This document shows positions 41,231-53,326 of a DNA stretch of 64,000 nt, piece by piece. Numbering within the stretch: position 1 is the stretch's first letter; the number at the start of each line of letters is the position of its first letter. Made by a program: the position numbers and the translations under genes. The DNA comes from Psilocybe cubensis (Eukaryota): the NCBI GenBank assembly GCA_017499595.2, contig CM039008.1, positions 558,001 to 622,000 on the forward strand, written 5' to 3'. The notes beneath the pieces were generated by a model, which worked only from the letters and a program-made list of their open reading frames with translations, had not been told where the DNA came from and did no database searches.

Positions 41231-41860
41231 ATTCTGGTGGCTCAGAACCCCTGCTGATATGTTTGATATGGATGAGCCGCACTGAAATCTTTTACAAATA
41301 CGCAATTGTACTCATACCATGTATATTTTTGTCTTTAATTCAACTCCATGTATTCCGCATTTCATTTCGAGGAAGTGATGAAAAGGTTTGTTGTTGTGGG
41401 CCAGAGAGGACAGGATGAGCAGGTGCCCACGGGACATCTTGATGCAATGATGGGATAGATGATAGAAAGCCTTGTAAGCGAAATGCGTTAGACGCTCGAG
41501 CTGTGTTCTGGCGCTTACGCGTCGCGAGTGTCTGCTTTGCGTCCCGGTTAAAGACTGAGGCGAGAATCGGCAAAAAAAGAGGTATAGATAAGCAATTACC
41601 ATGTCATAGGCGCAGCAACTGTGATTGGCGTATGATATGTGGGGTTTGCGTGGAGAACAGTGAATGTCGAACGTTGACCATTGAAGTTGAAGGTCAAAAG
41701 GAGTTGAAAAGGAGATTCATCGGTCAATAGGATGTCATAATCAATCATCAATTGAACAACAACAACAACAACTCACGGCAATCACAGGATTTGCCCCTGT
41801 CTTCGTTCTGACAGTGGAAATGAAGTCCCTTAAGCCCTAAATACCTTCGCGGGCGGAAGA

Positions 41861-43148
41861 AGGACCCTCGGCATTTAGCCCAAAGGACGTTCCGTCGGAC
41901 GGACAAAAATTTTGAAAATCGACCCCTTAGGACGTTCCAAAACCGGACAAAAATGACTGATTTTGAGCAAAATGTCGTTCCAGAATTCCGGACAGAAAAG
42001 TTGCAGGACCACCGAGGTCGATCCAAAAACCGGACATATATCATGATCAACGACCCTCAAAATATAAGTCATCGGTTAGTATAGAGGCTAAGCGTGTAGT
42101 CGCTCCCCGCCCTTTGTAATGTGATACTACGTTGTTGTTTCTAATCTCGATATCGCCTTTTTAGTATTTTGCCCTTAGTAAACCCATAGTTCAAGAAAAT
42201 TGGTATAACCGTAAGAATAACAACAAAATGTAATGAGATTTTACAAATTATGAATTTGGCTACTTTCGATCACCTAGCTACCTCTGTCGACCTAGCTACC
42301 TCTTTCAGCCTCTTTCCTTGCATTGTTTTCCATGGCTAACAATATAATTGACCTCAACGACAATCGCCCTTTTGTCGACTCAGACTGGATTTTGCAAGGC
42401 AAAAAATATCCTTCTCCAGCTCCAGCATTTATTGAAGATGCAAAAAAGGCACTGTTGACGGTTCCATCGCCCTTTCAAGAAGATATTCCCCCATCCAATC
42501 AGTGTCTCAATTCATTACTACTCAACTGCCAGAAATATCTGTGGAAATCATTTCAGTCAAGACAGCGGCATGGTTCAGCAGAGACGCACCAACCACAAAC
42601 CCTATCTGCCTTCGTACACGGCCTATACCCAACATTACATTTCTCCGCAACCTAGTGCAAGTTACTCACTCTCCTCCATCATAAACCCTTGCTTGTCACT
42701 CCAACAGGTTTTGAGGTCCATGCACAAGATATTTCCCTTTACAGAACACTGTTTGCCGGAGTAGGAAGCATAAAAAAGGCGATGAAAATGTTTGCAAAGC
42801 GAAATTTAGATATTATTACATAGATTTTCTGCATCACACATTCAATTGTAGTTATGTATTCCTACCATCAGCTTTTTTTCGATTACAGGCATCCACAAAA
42901 TGGTTCAGAAGTATCCTAATTGCTGCTGCGCGGGCGCAGCAGCGAAAAAATTGAATTTTGTGCCTGTCCGGACACGAATTGGGCCTCTGGAGGGTCGTTC
43001 CCAATTTCCGGACAAACTTCCGAAAAAATTGATAGGTCGTTCTATATCCGGACAAAAATTTTCAAAATCGCTGAAAATCGGGTCGGACAAAAATCCCAGA
43101 AATCGACTTTTTTTGGGAACGTCCTTTGGGCTAAATGCCGAGGGTCCT
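41861..43148. mobile_element. Non-autonomous TIR DNA transposon, 1288 bp, 8-bp TSD
   Basis: Perfect 33-bp TIRs AGGACCCTCGGCATTTAGCCCAAAGGACGTTCC. TSD GCGGAAGA at 41853-41860 and 43149-43156. Repeated subterminal CGGACA motifs. Frameshifted internal ORF fragment at ~42332-42660. Confidence 0.93.
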
Positions 43149-43299
43149 GCGGAAGAGAGTAAGTATGTAAGTACCATCCATCATGCATCAATGTTAATTA
43201 TCAAATCTTTGGGGCTCGCGCCGGCAAAAACGCCGTAGTTCGTACATGTAGCACCAGGAATTATCTAGGCTGCTTTGCAGTAGTTGGGTTGCGCCCCTC

Positions 43300-46200
43300 A
43301 TGGCAATGGATATTCTGACTTCCCCCACCTTCATCGCGTCTGCTTCGTTAGGAGCGCTCGCTGTGTATTATCTTGCTGGATCACAAAAGCGGGACTCGCG
43401 ACATCCTCCAGGCCCGCGGCGTCTCCCAGTGATAGGCAATGCACACCAAATGCCAGACAAAGATCCTTGGCTCGTATTTGGAGAATGGGGGAAGCGATAC
43501 GGTACGTGGTTGAGCATTGAAGCGTAAAAGAGCGTGTTCATCATTGGGCCCGATACTGGTGCTTGTGGGTTAAAAATTAAAAAAGAAAATAAAAAAAGAA
43601 AATACAAAAAAGGAAAGAGAAGGAGGGAAGGGAGGGAACGAATTCACCCTTCATTTCATACTACTAACATCGTTACTACACTGTTAGTATCTAACATATC
43701 AGTGGTTCGCATTGCTTCACGATTAGCCGGCTTGGTTCAACTCGGCTAAACTCTTGATTCTCGCTTAGATGAACAAAAATACACGAAAAATAAATCAAAC
43801 ATGGTAAGAGCCCCGAATACATTTCATGGAATCTGATGCTCGCTTACGATTTGACCTCGCATAGATAGCACTGTGCAACGGTTAGATGAAGGTGCGCACA
43901 TCTCCGACGCCAAGGCAAAGGACTTAGCTGGAAACTGCAACAATTCACAGCAGGGCACCAACAACGCCCACCCGCCGTTCCCGCCGTGATTCCCCAACCC
44001 ACACCAGCAACAACACCCAGAAAATCGAATTGAATACGCGTTGCCGACGCATCCACCATCCCCATGCTCATCAGCCGCGTCCCCCATCCATTCCCAGGCT
44101 CGTCAAAACTAAACACCGCGCTTCCCACTTCGAAGACGACGCGCTCGCGTCACGTTGGGGCTCTTGACGACTTGAACGTGCTTTGCCGACGCGTTCACCA
44201 CCCATTCCCGTCCTCGTCAAGGCTATCCACCGCGCTTCGTGCCTCGAAAACGATGTGCTCGGATGATGTTGAGGGTTCTTGGCAAGGTTAGTGTCACTGA
44301 CAGCCTCCATATGATGCTGTACTCACCATACCACACTCATACACACCCAGCAAGTCGTATCGAACACGTTTCAATGCCTCTCTACACCCCGCCTCCCAAA
44401 CTGGCCGTGCTCATCTTACAAAACATCGTCGCTGTGCTTCCCGCTACGAAAACGCCATGCCGGTGAGATTTCTTCTCAAGGTGAGTGACCCCGACAACCT
44501 CTTTAAATTTTAGTGCCATACTCACCAACATAACCAGCTCGTTCATGGCCAGCTAGGCACGATGAGCCTGAACACGCTGCGACAACGCGTCCTCTATCCC
44601 TTCCCGCAGATCCGCGTGTGGGGCTGTTGTCAAGGTTAGGGTCGTTGACAGCCTCTATCTCACCATACCCAACTCGTACGTCTCTGCACATGTACGTGTG
44701 TTCCACGTAGTGACGTGCTCGTCTCGCAGATGAACTCGTCGCTGCGCTTCCCGATTCAAAAACACCACGATTTCTTCTCAAGGTTAGTGACCCCATCGAA
44801 GTCTTTTTACTGGCACGCTGTGTTGATGCGTCCAAGTCTTCTATCCATCCCTGCACATCCAATTGTGTCCGCCACGAAATTAACACCCATGAAGTCACAT
44901 CCTTGAACAAAGCATTCCTGCACTTTCGCATGGTGTGTCCCTTGAAAACGATGCGCGTCAAGGTTAGTGATGGTGTTGACCACATTTGAAGAATGCTCAC
45001 CAAGAAAAACACGGACCCTCGCATCCAGACCCACTGACCGCATCATTCTCACGTTGACGGCCGGTGTGGTAAGTGCCGTCTCACACGAAAAGTGATTCTG
45101 GACACTTGGGCATGCTGATGCGTAAAACGCGCTCCTTGGGATGGGCAGATTGATGTTTGTGGTGTTCATGAGGGACACATAGCCTGCTGTGCAGGTGAGG
45201 GGTTGAGGGTGCTAATTGGGCGAAAAGGGAAGGATGATCGAAGACGCGGTAGCTAGAGGATCAACTCTGGTAATGTTTGAGGGTTTCTGAAACTTGTTCT
45301 AGATTACGGACAAATAATAAGGAGTACAGTAAGTGATTTATTAATTTTATAGCAAGTTGTAGTACTAATTTCAATGGTTTCTACTATTACATGAATGAAA
45401 TCCAGATGTCATGAGCATTTAGGTCAGTTTAGGCCATCGCTCCTCGGGAACATCTACCCATCCCACATAACAAGGCTTGTCAGGTCGCTTGGTGTACCGA
45501 CCTTTGCATTTGACATTTCCACAATCACGACAACGGTTGTGGCAATGCTTGACCCGTTGGCGACCCGAACATTGTGTGGAGCCGCATTTTGCACAGGTAC
45601 GAGGCCGTTTTCCCTTATCTAAAGCGTGCGATCGTTGAATCTGTTCACGCACACGTTTCTCAGACAGTGCTTCGCGATTTACACGATTGTGTACTGCAAG
45701 ATTTGTCGCGGTAGTAAAGGTTTTTCGAGTTGTTGAGTGGGGCAGCAAAAGGTCGGAATTTGCACTTTGCAACGGTGTCTGTTGGTCATCGTGTACAGGT
45801 GTGTCTTTGTTGTTACCATGCACCTCTGAACGATTTGTATTAAAGGTTCCAACAGAAACGGACGTTGGAAGAAGTCCGTCATCGACACTCAGTGGTTTCA
45901 GAGTTTTCTCTGGTACACGGGGTGCCGTTACTGAGCGAGATGGGTTGCTAAGGATTGCTGCCAATGGTTTCCGAATGTCATATGTTGTAAAAAGAGACTC
46001 TTTAACATTGAGGTTTGTTTTCCAATGTGCATAGTACGATTTTAATTGTTCAATTAACTGCAGTAAATGAATATTAGGATACTAGTCATGTTTAAGCTAT
46101 TTTGTGCTTACCTTGTATGATATCTCTGAATTGATATCAGCGTAGTGATTCCAGACCTTCACGGCCTTTTTCCAGATTGGGCCGGATGTCAGAGAGTTGT

Positions 46201-49200
46201 AGTCGGGATTGGCTTGCATAAGATCTCGGAAAAGCTGCTTTTCAATGTCGTTATGAATCGGAAGAATGGGCTTTCGTGTGTGTTGCATTTGAGCTAGAAA
46301 AGCATGACGTTGCTTTTTGTCAATGCTAGGAATAAATTCAGACATCCCAGTTGCAATGCGAATGCTGGTTGGAATCGGAAGAATGCCTAACGTTTCGGTG
46401 GTAGGAATGTATAGGTTTCCGTTAACCCATCCAGTAATTTCCACGGGATTTATTAGAACATCGTGAAGAAATGACAATCGCTCCTGAATGCTGTTGGTTA
46501 ACCAGATTGAGAAATGGCTGCGATACTTTTGTCCAGTGCTATTGAATGTTCCAACCTAACAAAACAGTTTAATATGATAGAGTAAGTAACAGTAGATATG
46601 GTCTTTCTTACCACAAGGTTGTGGTGCAGAGTGAAATCAGCAAGGCATGAGTAAACATGTTGCACTGATGCACCCGACGATGGAAGATGTGATCTAAGAT
46701 GAGTATGTACTCCACCCTCTGTCATGTTTGTTCCACGAAAACATCGATAGATAGTGAGACTTGGTGCTGCACTATCAATCCCTATTGCCGCATAGAGAGG
46801 AATTCCGGGTGGATCAGATATAAAACCGCGTCGTGTCAAATCAAGAATATGGCCCGAGGTCTTCCAATCATTAAAGTTAAACAAAGGAGCACCTGTTGTA
46901 GCATCTTTGAGGGGGCCAAAAGTTTCAAAAACCTTCTTTAGCAATCCATGCAGTATGTCAGCTGGTGGAATGATTCGTTTACATCGTTTCCATAACCAGC
47001 GTGGACGAAGCTTTTGGATTTGCTCAAAAGTCAATGGTGGTGTTTGCATTGCGCCCCATGCACTAATTTTGGCACGGTCTTCACCGTCAGGAATAAATAT
47101 TGCATCCCGAAGCTGTCGGGCAAACTCTGCACGTAAACCATGTGTTGAGGAGATATGAAACATGTTGAAAACATGGAAAACGTCTTTGAGGACCCGGCTC
47201 CGAATTGTACTGTCCCAGGTATTTGGATACTGGTCCAGTACTTGTTGGCCTAACGATGCACTTTCTGGGTCAATATTGCGAGGATGGTCTGTGGTTATAG
47301 GAGGTGCACTAGTAGGCCGATGATTTTCAACAACAAGATTTCCGATTGAAGGAATTGAATCATCATCAAAAGTTGCATCAAGTGAGAGGTCGTTATCATC
47401 CAACTCTGCCAAGCTGGCAGTCAATAGATCCTGATTGGATGACTGATCTAGAGACATAGGGCTTGTTTGAGCTCTAGAAGACGAGTCCGACTGACTTGAA
47501 TGATGTGTCCAAAATGTTGGCGAAAAGGTCTTTAAATGACTTCGTAAACAGACAAGAGTAAATGGTGGTGTCCCAAATGATGCAAGTGAACAGTTCCGAT
47601 GACTGCTGATTAGTGCACCAGGGACAAATACTTCTTCAATGTCGACAGCAGTTCTTGTAGTAGTAATATTGATGCCATCGAGTTGCCTATCATCTTTGTG
47701 GGATGAAATTTTTCCTCGAGCAATCACAGATGCCTTGTCGGTGTTGAATAAGAGAACAGGAATGCCTGCATTAAATTGAGAAGGAAGAACTTGCGGTGTT
47801 TCAAGAGTCGAAAGTTTGTTGTAAATGCATATACAAGCATATGCATCACAGGCTGCATAGGCGAGTTGATCGCGAGTAAGGATTTCATTTTCCCAAGCAC
47901 TGCTAATGCGCTCGGGAACGTTTTTGTTTAATCGTTTTCCCAAAACCAATGCACATAGATCAGCCAAACTGCATCGTGCGGAAGATATTACCATTTTGTC
48001 TTTTGCATATTTGGCAAGGTCAAGAGCGCCAACAAAAGGTTTGGGTGACTGGGAAGCAGTTTGAAGATGCTTTAAATCGGCTTCAACAAGCCGTCCAGCT
48101 TTCACAATATTTGGATTTTCCAATAAAATCCTAAGCTGACTTGGAAGTGTACCGCCTGCTAACATATCACCAATCTAATCAGAATTTTATTAGTTTACAT
48201 TTAATCATTGGTTTAAGTAGCTTATACATTACCTGAAGAATGTATATGGATGATTTATATGCTATTTGAATAATAGCTGTTTGTCCTCGATGCAGAATAT
48301 GGCCATTAGATGATACTTCAACATTCCACTCGGAATCAAACCCTATCACGATTTTTTTGTCAGGATGACTTGGATCAAGATCATCAAGAATAGAGGCCAT
48401 GGCAGCGTCTATGGCAGACGCTGTGCTTTTTACAAAAATAGCAATAGGCGGTGTCGGTACGGCAAGTGGTTCAAGATCTGGATACTTTTCAACTGGTACC
48501 ACAGACTCTCGAAGAGACGGCCAGGCATCTTCAAGGAATGCCTTGTCACTGGCAACGTTATCTGTAAATGCAAGCTTGGGTTCGGAATGACCATACATCT
48601 TGAGTGAGTGAAGCATTTGCTTGAGTGCGAGCTGGTATTGAGAATGTGACTTTGTTGCAACAAGGCTACATGACCGGATCTCGCCCCTTTCATTGGTGAC
48701 CGTAAGCAATCCCGTAAATATTTCTTCGCCATTGACCTTGGCAATATGCTTTGTGATCTGATTACAAAAATAAAGTTAGTAAAGAGTTATAGTAGTGATA
48801 ATAGACAACTACCACCTTGTGGCTATGATCGAGTGCACAAATTTCTGCACTAAGCATAGACATATGCTGGTTGAAATCATGGATATGCTCCATAATGAAT
48901 CGGTCGTACATGTTCCGGATCCATTGTGCGCTTGGTGTAAATCCATGCCTGCCATGAGGACTGATATCATCAAAACGTGGAAATGACATATACTTTTCTT
49001 CCCGCCATTTGTCCAGTTTACGGCCAGCTAATTGGTTCAAATACTGAAGATGAAGCTCATCATACTTCAGCAAATGATGCACTCGAATTGTGTCCGATAT
49101 TTGCTTTGCACCCAAACCGTTCTGGAACGACGACCTTACATACTGAAAAAGCCGTTTGGATATCGCACTACGATGACTAAGAATGGCGGGGAATTCAGCA

Positions 49201-52200
49201 GCCAAATCTTGTGGAAGTGCCGAGAGAATGCGGCTATCCCAGCTATTAAAGGTCACAGTGTGCTTTCCAGACTTTGGATGAGTGCAGACACTGCAACGAT
49301 AGCGATATCCAATAAGATAGAATTCGGAATCAATATCAATGCATCGGCGAGGATATGATATATTTGCGTGACGTTGTAGTGTTGACTTGCAAATTGGACA
49401 GGGAATGCGTTTGAATAATGCTTGAGGGTCCCACAAATAAAAGCGGATATCCCACAGCTCATGGGGAGACGGTTTGTTGCGTTGAAGAATGAAATATATT
49501 GCTGGTCTAGGAAACCAAAATGAACAGTTTTTGGAATACAAGGGGGGAAGGCCATGCTTGTCTCGTTTTTCGGGCGCAGATTCCAAAACTTTGGCTTCGA
49601 AAGCCTCGAGAAGCCAAACAGGACGCGCATGACGGATGCGCCTACCTGTATTTTCTTGGTACTCACTGTCCTCAACATTCTCATCAACTGGATCCAGCTC
49701 ATCACCCTTTTCATCCTGATTCTCCTCAAACCCAACATCTACACCAATTCCCTCGCCCGACATTCCAGTTTCTTCATCTTCGTCCTGGTCTTCATCGGCT
49801 AGTTCAACCGGTCTCTGGGGATCTTCATCCGGAATAATTTCAATTGTTGACAACGATGTGGGTTCGGAGACATTTGGTAGCACAGGATTTTGAGCGAAAA
49901 GAGGGTTGGGGAGTGTTTGGCGAGTTGATGGGTCCACCGATACGAGAGGTGATCCACCGGACAAATTTGGCATTGAATTTCCTCGATGAAGAGGAAAAGG
50001 AAGTCCCGATGGCGGGCGTGAAGGCTGAAAAGTGCCTGGAATGGTCTATGACAATGGTAAACCATGTTAGTTGTAAACAAGTAGATAAAATTAATAAGAC
50101 TCACCACACGGCCGAATTCTATTGAAATCTGAGGCTTACTTTTCCGTGGCCGCCCAACAGCTTTCTTTACAACAGGTGTTTGTTGTGCTTTTGTGCCAGA
50201 ACCTTTCGGCCTGCCTACGGGGCGGCGATGAGCAGAAGAATCTGTGTCTTCTCCCACTGCTCTGGATTTACTCTTGCTTCCCAGCGGTCGCCCACGCTTT
50301 CGAGGACGTGAAATCAAGTCCACGGGATATGGGGTAGCTGATCCGGACTCGTGGAAATGCGCAGGTGTCGTTACATTGAATAACGTATGAACTAAACAAC
50401 CAAAATAAGCCGCCGAGACTTCAACATCAACAAGGGTTACACATACCTTCTTTTTCCCTCGGTTGACTGGGCATGGGAACGTCAAATGTACGTTCGGAGA
50501 CATGCGACAATCTAAGAGACCTCAAGTCAGCATACTTTGTACAATGTGAGTGATGCAATTTGTGGCTCACAATGGGCCGCCTAGTCTCGTTGATTGCTGT
50601 GGATACGAAGATTCCAAATCCATTGTTGTTGGATGCCAATCCATGATAATTCACAGTACGTGAGGGGAGATGAGGGACAGCAAAAGGTAAACAGCGGTAA
50701 GAATACGGCGCAAGCAAGGTACAGAGGAGTGCTGAGACGGCCGCGCGACTCGAGTAGACGCAGACGCGACGTGAATGAGACGGGATGAGATATTTCCCAG
50801 TCATGTGAATAATTACATAATATTCTCAGCATCAGTATCCAGCATCAGCCACAGGCATGGATAGCGAGCCCATCATTGAGTGAAATTCAGGCAATATCAT
50901 TCACGTCGACGTTTTCGGGCAGTCATTGATCATCATCAATTCCACAAAGGTGGCCAAAGACCTGCTTGATAAGCGCTCGTCTATTTACTCCGATCGACCC
51001 CACTTTGTGAGTTTCTCAACTTTCTTCCCAATTGCTCGTATTGCTTAAACTCAACAACATCGTTTCTTCAAGACATTTGCGGGAGATCTGTAAGCCTATC
51101 CCCCCATTACCATCCTAATGAATATGATGAAAGTGACTATTGGCATGCCTTCAGAGTTCACTACGACGAAACATTTGTTCTCCAGCCATATGGCGAGAAT
51201 TGGAGAAAACAGCGCCGTATGGTCGCTAATGATTTTTCGCAGAGCATGGTCCCCCGTTATTTCAGCCTGCAGGACAAAGAATCGGCGAGGCTAGTGCGAA
51301 ACTTGATCAAAGACCCCAGCAAGTTCATATCTGAGGTCAATCTGTGCGTACACACCCTTTCCTTTATTTAATTTGGATTATTGTCGATATTTTGTCTGAT
51401 GTTTTGAAACCACTAGGCGAATAGGAATCATCATCCTCAGAGTGACGTACGGGTATTACGTTGAGTCTGCCGACGACCCATTTTTGACAACACCGCTGTT
51501 GGCGATGGCGAATTTTGGGAAAGCAACGCAGCCCGGAAATTTCTTGGTCGATTTCGTGCCTGCTTGTACGTCGTGATCATTCCACAAGGTGGACAGAGGG
51601 AGCGGAATTTAACAATGGAATCTGCAGTGAAGCACATACCTCGATGGATGCCGGGAGCGGGTTTTCTGAAGACTGCTGAAGAAATGCATAAAGTGATGTG
51701 GTCAGCAACATGGAACAATTACGAGTGGTGTAAAAACAACTTGGTATGGTCCTGACGAAAGCTGGTAGTGACGACTTGTTACAATGCTAAAACGAGGAGC
51801 AGAAAACAGGAAAGACGTTAATGCCAAATCTTTGTGGTACATTTATCCAGGAAGCAGGGGAAAATATCACGGAGGATGACGAGTTGAAACTTGGTTGGGC
51901 TGCGTCAAGTGTCATGGGAGGAGGTCTTGATACAGTAGGCCTTCGCCTTCTTCTTGCTAAGTTGCGACATATGAGGATTGTGTTTGACAGAATGTATCCT
52001 CGGTTATGACGTTCTGGGCTGCTATGATTCTGAACCCCCAAATCCAAGCAAAGGCGCAGGCAGAACTTGATAGTGTTGTCGGAAAGGATAGATTACCCAC
52101 CATATCAGATAGGCCACGATTGCCGTATATCAGGAGCATAATGGCGGAGGTGTTTCGTATGGGTCCTTCTATACCTCTAGGTCAGTTTATCACCTGTGCC

Positions 52201-52773
52201 GTTTTTGCTAACGCTGACAAAGTCCACCCTCCAGGAATACCCCATGCAGTTAGTGAAGATGATGTTTATGAAGGATATCATATACCCAAGGGCGCCTTTA
52301 TCTTGCCCAACGTTTGGTGTGTACAAACTTGGTCCAACGTAGTCACTCATTGACACTCGATGCCAAAGGCACATGTTGCACGACCCAGAAGTCTATCCAG
52401 ACCCGATGGAGTTCAAACCCGAGAGATTCAATGGTAGCGAATCAGAGATGAAGAAGGCGACAGACCTCGTCTTTGGATTCGGCAGACGAGTTTGTCCAGG
52501 AATGCATTTTGCGGAAGGCACACTCTTTGCAATTATTGCAACTACTCTCGCGACCTGCCATATTCTGCCTGGACTCGATGAACATGGGAAGGAAGTGTTG
52601 CCCAAGTTTGCGTACACCCCGGGGACAATTACGTATGTTGCTTTCTTGCATTAGATTTGTAACTTCTCCTGATATGGGTTGATAGTTTCCTGGAGCCATT
52701 TCCTATGAGGCTAAAGGCGCGCTCTCCGGATGCCATTTCTTTGTTAGAAAATGTCCCTTCGGATGTTGAGTAA
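43300..52773 (+). CDS. Cytochrome P450 (fungal CYP64-clan-like), intron 1 interrupted by a 7.3-kb transposon
   Basis: Exon 1 (43300-43501) has a TM anchor and PPGP hinge. Exon 2 from 50891 continues in frame (YG|NIIHVDVFGQ...LLDKRSSIYSDRP). GGGLDT, EVFR, PERF and heme motif FGFGRRVCPG are present. Stop at 52771-52773. Confidence 0.9.
44076..45030 (+). repeat. Degenerate tandem modules in the non-coding arm of the transposon
   Basis: CAAGGT(T/G)AG(T/G) recurs at 44283, 44477, 44631, 44779 and 44959. Similar blocks at 44076-44146/44191-44261 and 44424-44492/44735-44793. Confidence 0.65.
45419..50503 (-). CDS. ~1599-aa transposase: AT-hooks, DUF6729-like Zn domain, DDE core with nested DEDDy 3'-5' exonuclease, C-terminal Cys cluster
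   Basis: Six exons (50503-50105, 50045-48816, 48757-48233, 48174-46612, 46555-46112, 46057-45419) joined by five phase-0 GT-AG introns of 54-59 nt, with no stops. Motifs: GRP x3, CPIC..YRYRC, ALDHSHK, FTDN, GFDSEW, EADL, YAACDA, KDVFH, RGTNMTEG and CAKC...CRDC. Exact start uncertain. Confidence 0.88.
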
Positions 52774-52980
52774 GGCAGCGGTGGCCATGATAGGCTGGCT
52801 TGAGATAGATTTACGAGGTAATATAAAAGGTAGAAGTATTCAGGCAAATAGGGCGTACACCACGAGTTTGGGAAAGAATACTCTTCTGAACAACAATTAA
52901 GATACATACATACAGTTGGTGATACATCGGCCATGCCATAGCCATATAGACACCCGTAATGGAGTCTACTTGACAATAGA

Positions 52981-53118
52981 AACAACACCCCGAGCTTCAA
53001 AAGAAAACCAGTTGAATTATTGTTCAGCGTGCAGGACGAAAACACATACAACAACACCCCGAGCTTCAAAAGAAAACCAGTTGAATTATTGTTCAGCGTG
53101 CAGGACGAAAACACATAC
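52981..53118. repeat. Perfect 2 x 69-bp tandem duplication
   Basis: AACAACACCCCGAGC...GAAAACACATAC repeated exactly at 52981-53049 and 53050-53118. Confidence 0.95.
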
Positions 53119-53255
53119 CTGACAAGGAGTCTTTTGCAATGCTTGTACTCTGTCGCGAACTTAGTATGCTTGTAGATATATAAAAACGTTTGAACTTTTC
53201 AAAGCTTACCAGCCCTTTTATGATCTCATAAACGCTTGTAACATCACGGGTAAAA

Positions 53256-53326
53256 TGGAACACGCGGGAATTGCACCACGCGCAACCGTTGGACTAATCT
53301 GTCCCATTAACCTATGCCATGTTACT
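53256..53326 (-). other. Degenerate tRNA-like / Pol III-type sequence (pseudo-tRNA or SINE head)
   Basis: Box A-like TGGCATAG and box B-like GGTGCAATTCC at tRNA spacing, T-arm hairpin, partial acceptor (AACA/TGTT) and D stems, followed by TTTT. The anticodon arm does not pair. Confidence 0.35.

Larger units (their letters stand above)
43547..50870 (-). mobile_element. Autonomous-looking DDE DNA transposon, probable Dada-like superfamily, 7324 bp
   Basis: Direct repeat CATCATTG at 43539-43546 and 50871-50878. Imperfect inverted termini (15/22 matches). Removing the element plus one repeat restores a 57-nt GT-AG intron. Encodes a large transposase. Confidence 0.9.

Noticed and set aside
43212-43220. 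GGGCTCGC matching the inverted right end of the large transposon
   Set aside because: 8-bp match without a flanking duplication, so likely chance.
43502-43546. A tRNA or snRNA target at the Dada-like insertion site
   Set aside because: The reconstructed empty site is an ordinary 57-nt intron with no box A/B or snRNA similarity.
44283-44970. Spaced repeats as a CRISPR-like array
   Set aside because: Eukaryotic context, short degenerate repeats, long spacers that resemble each other, and no cas genes.
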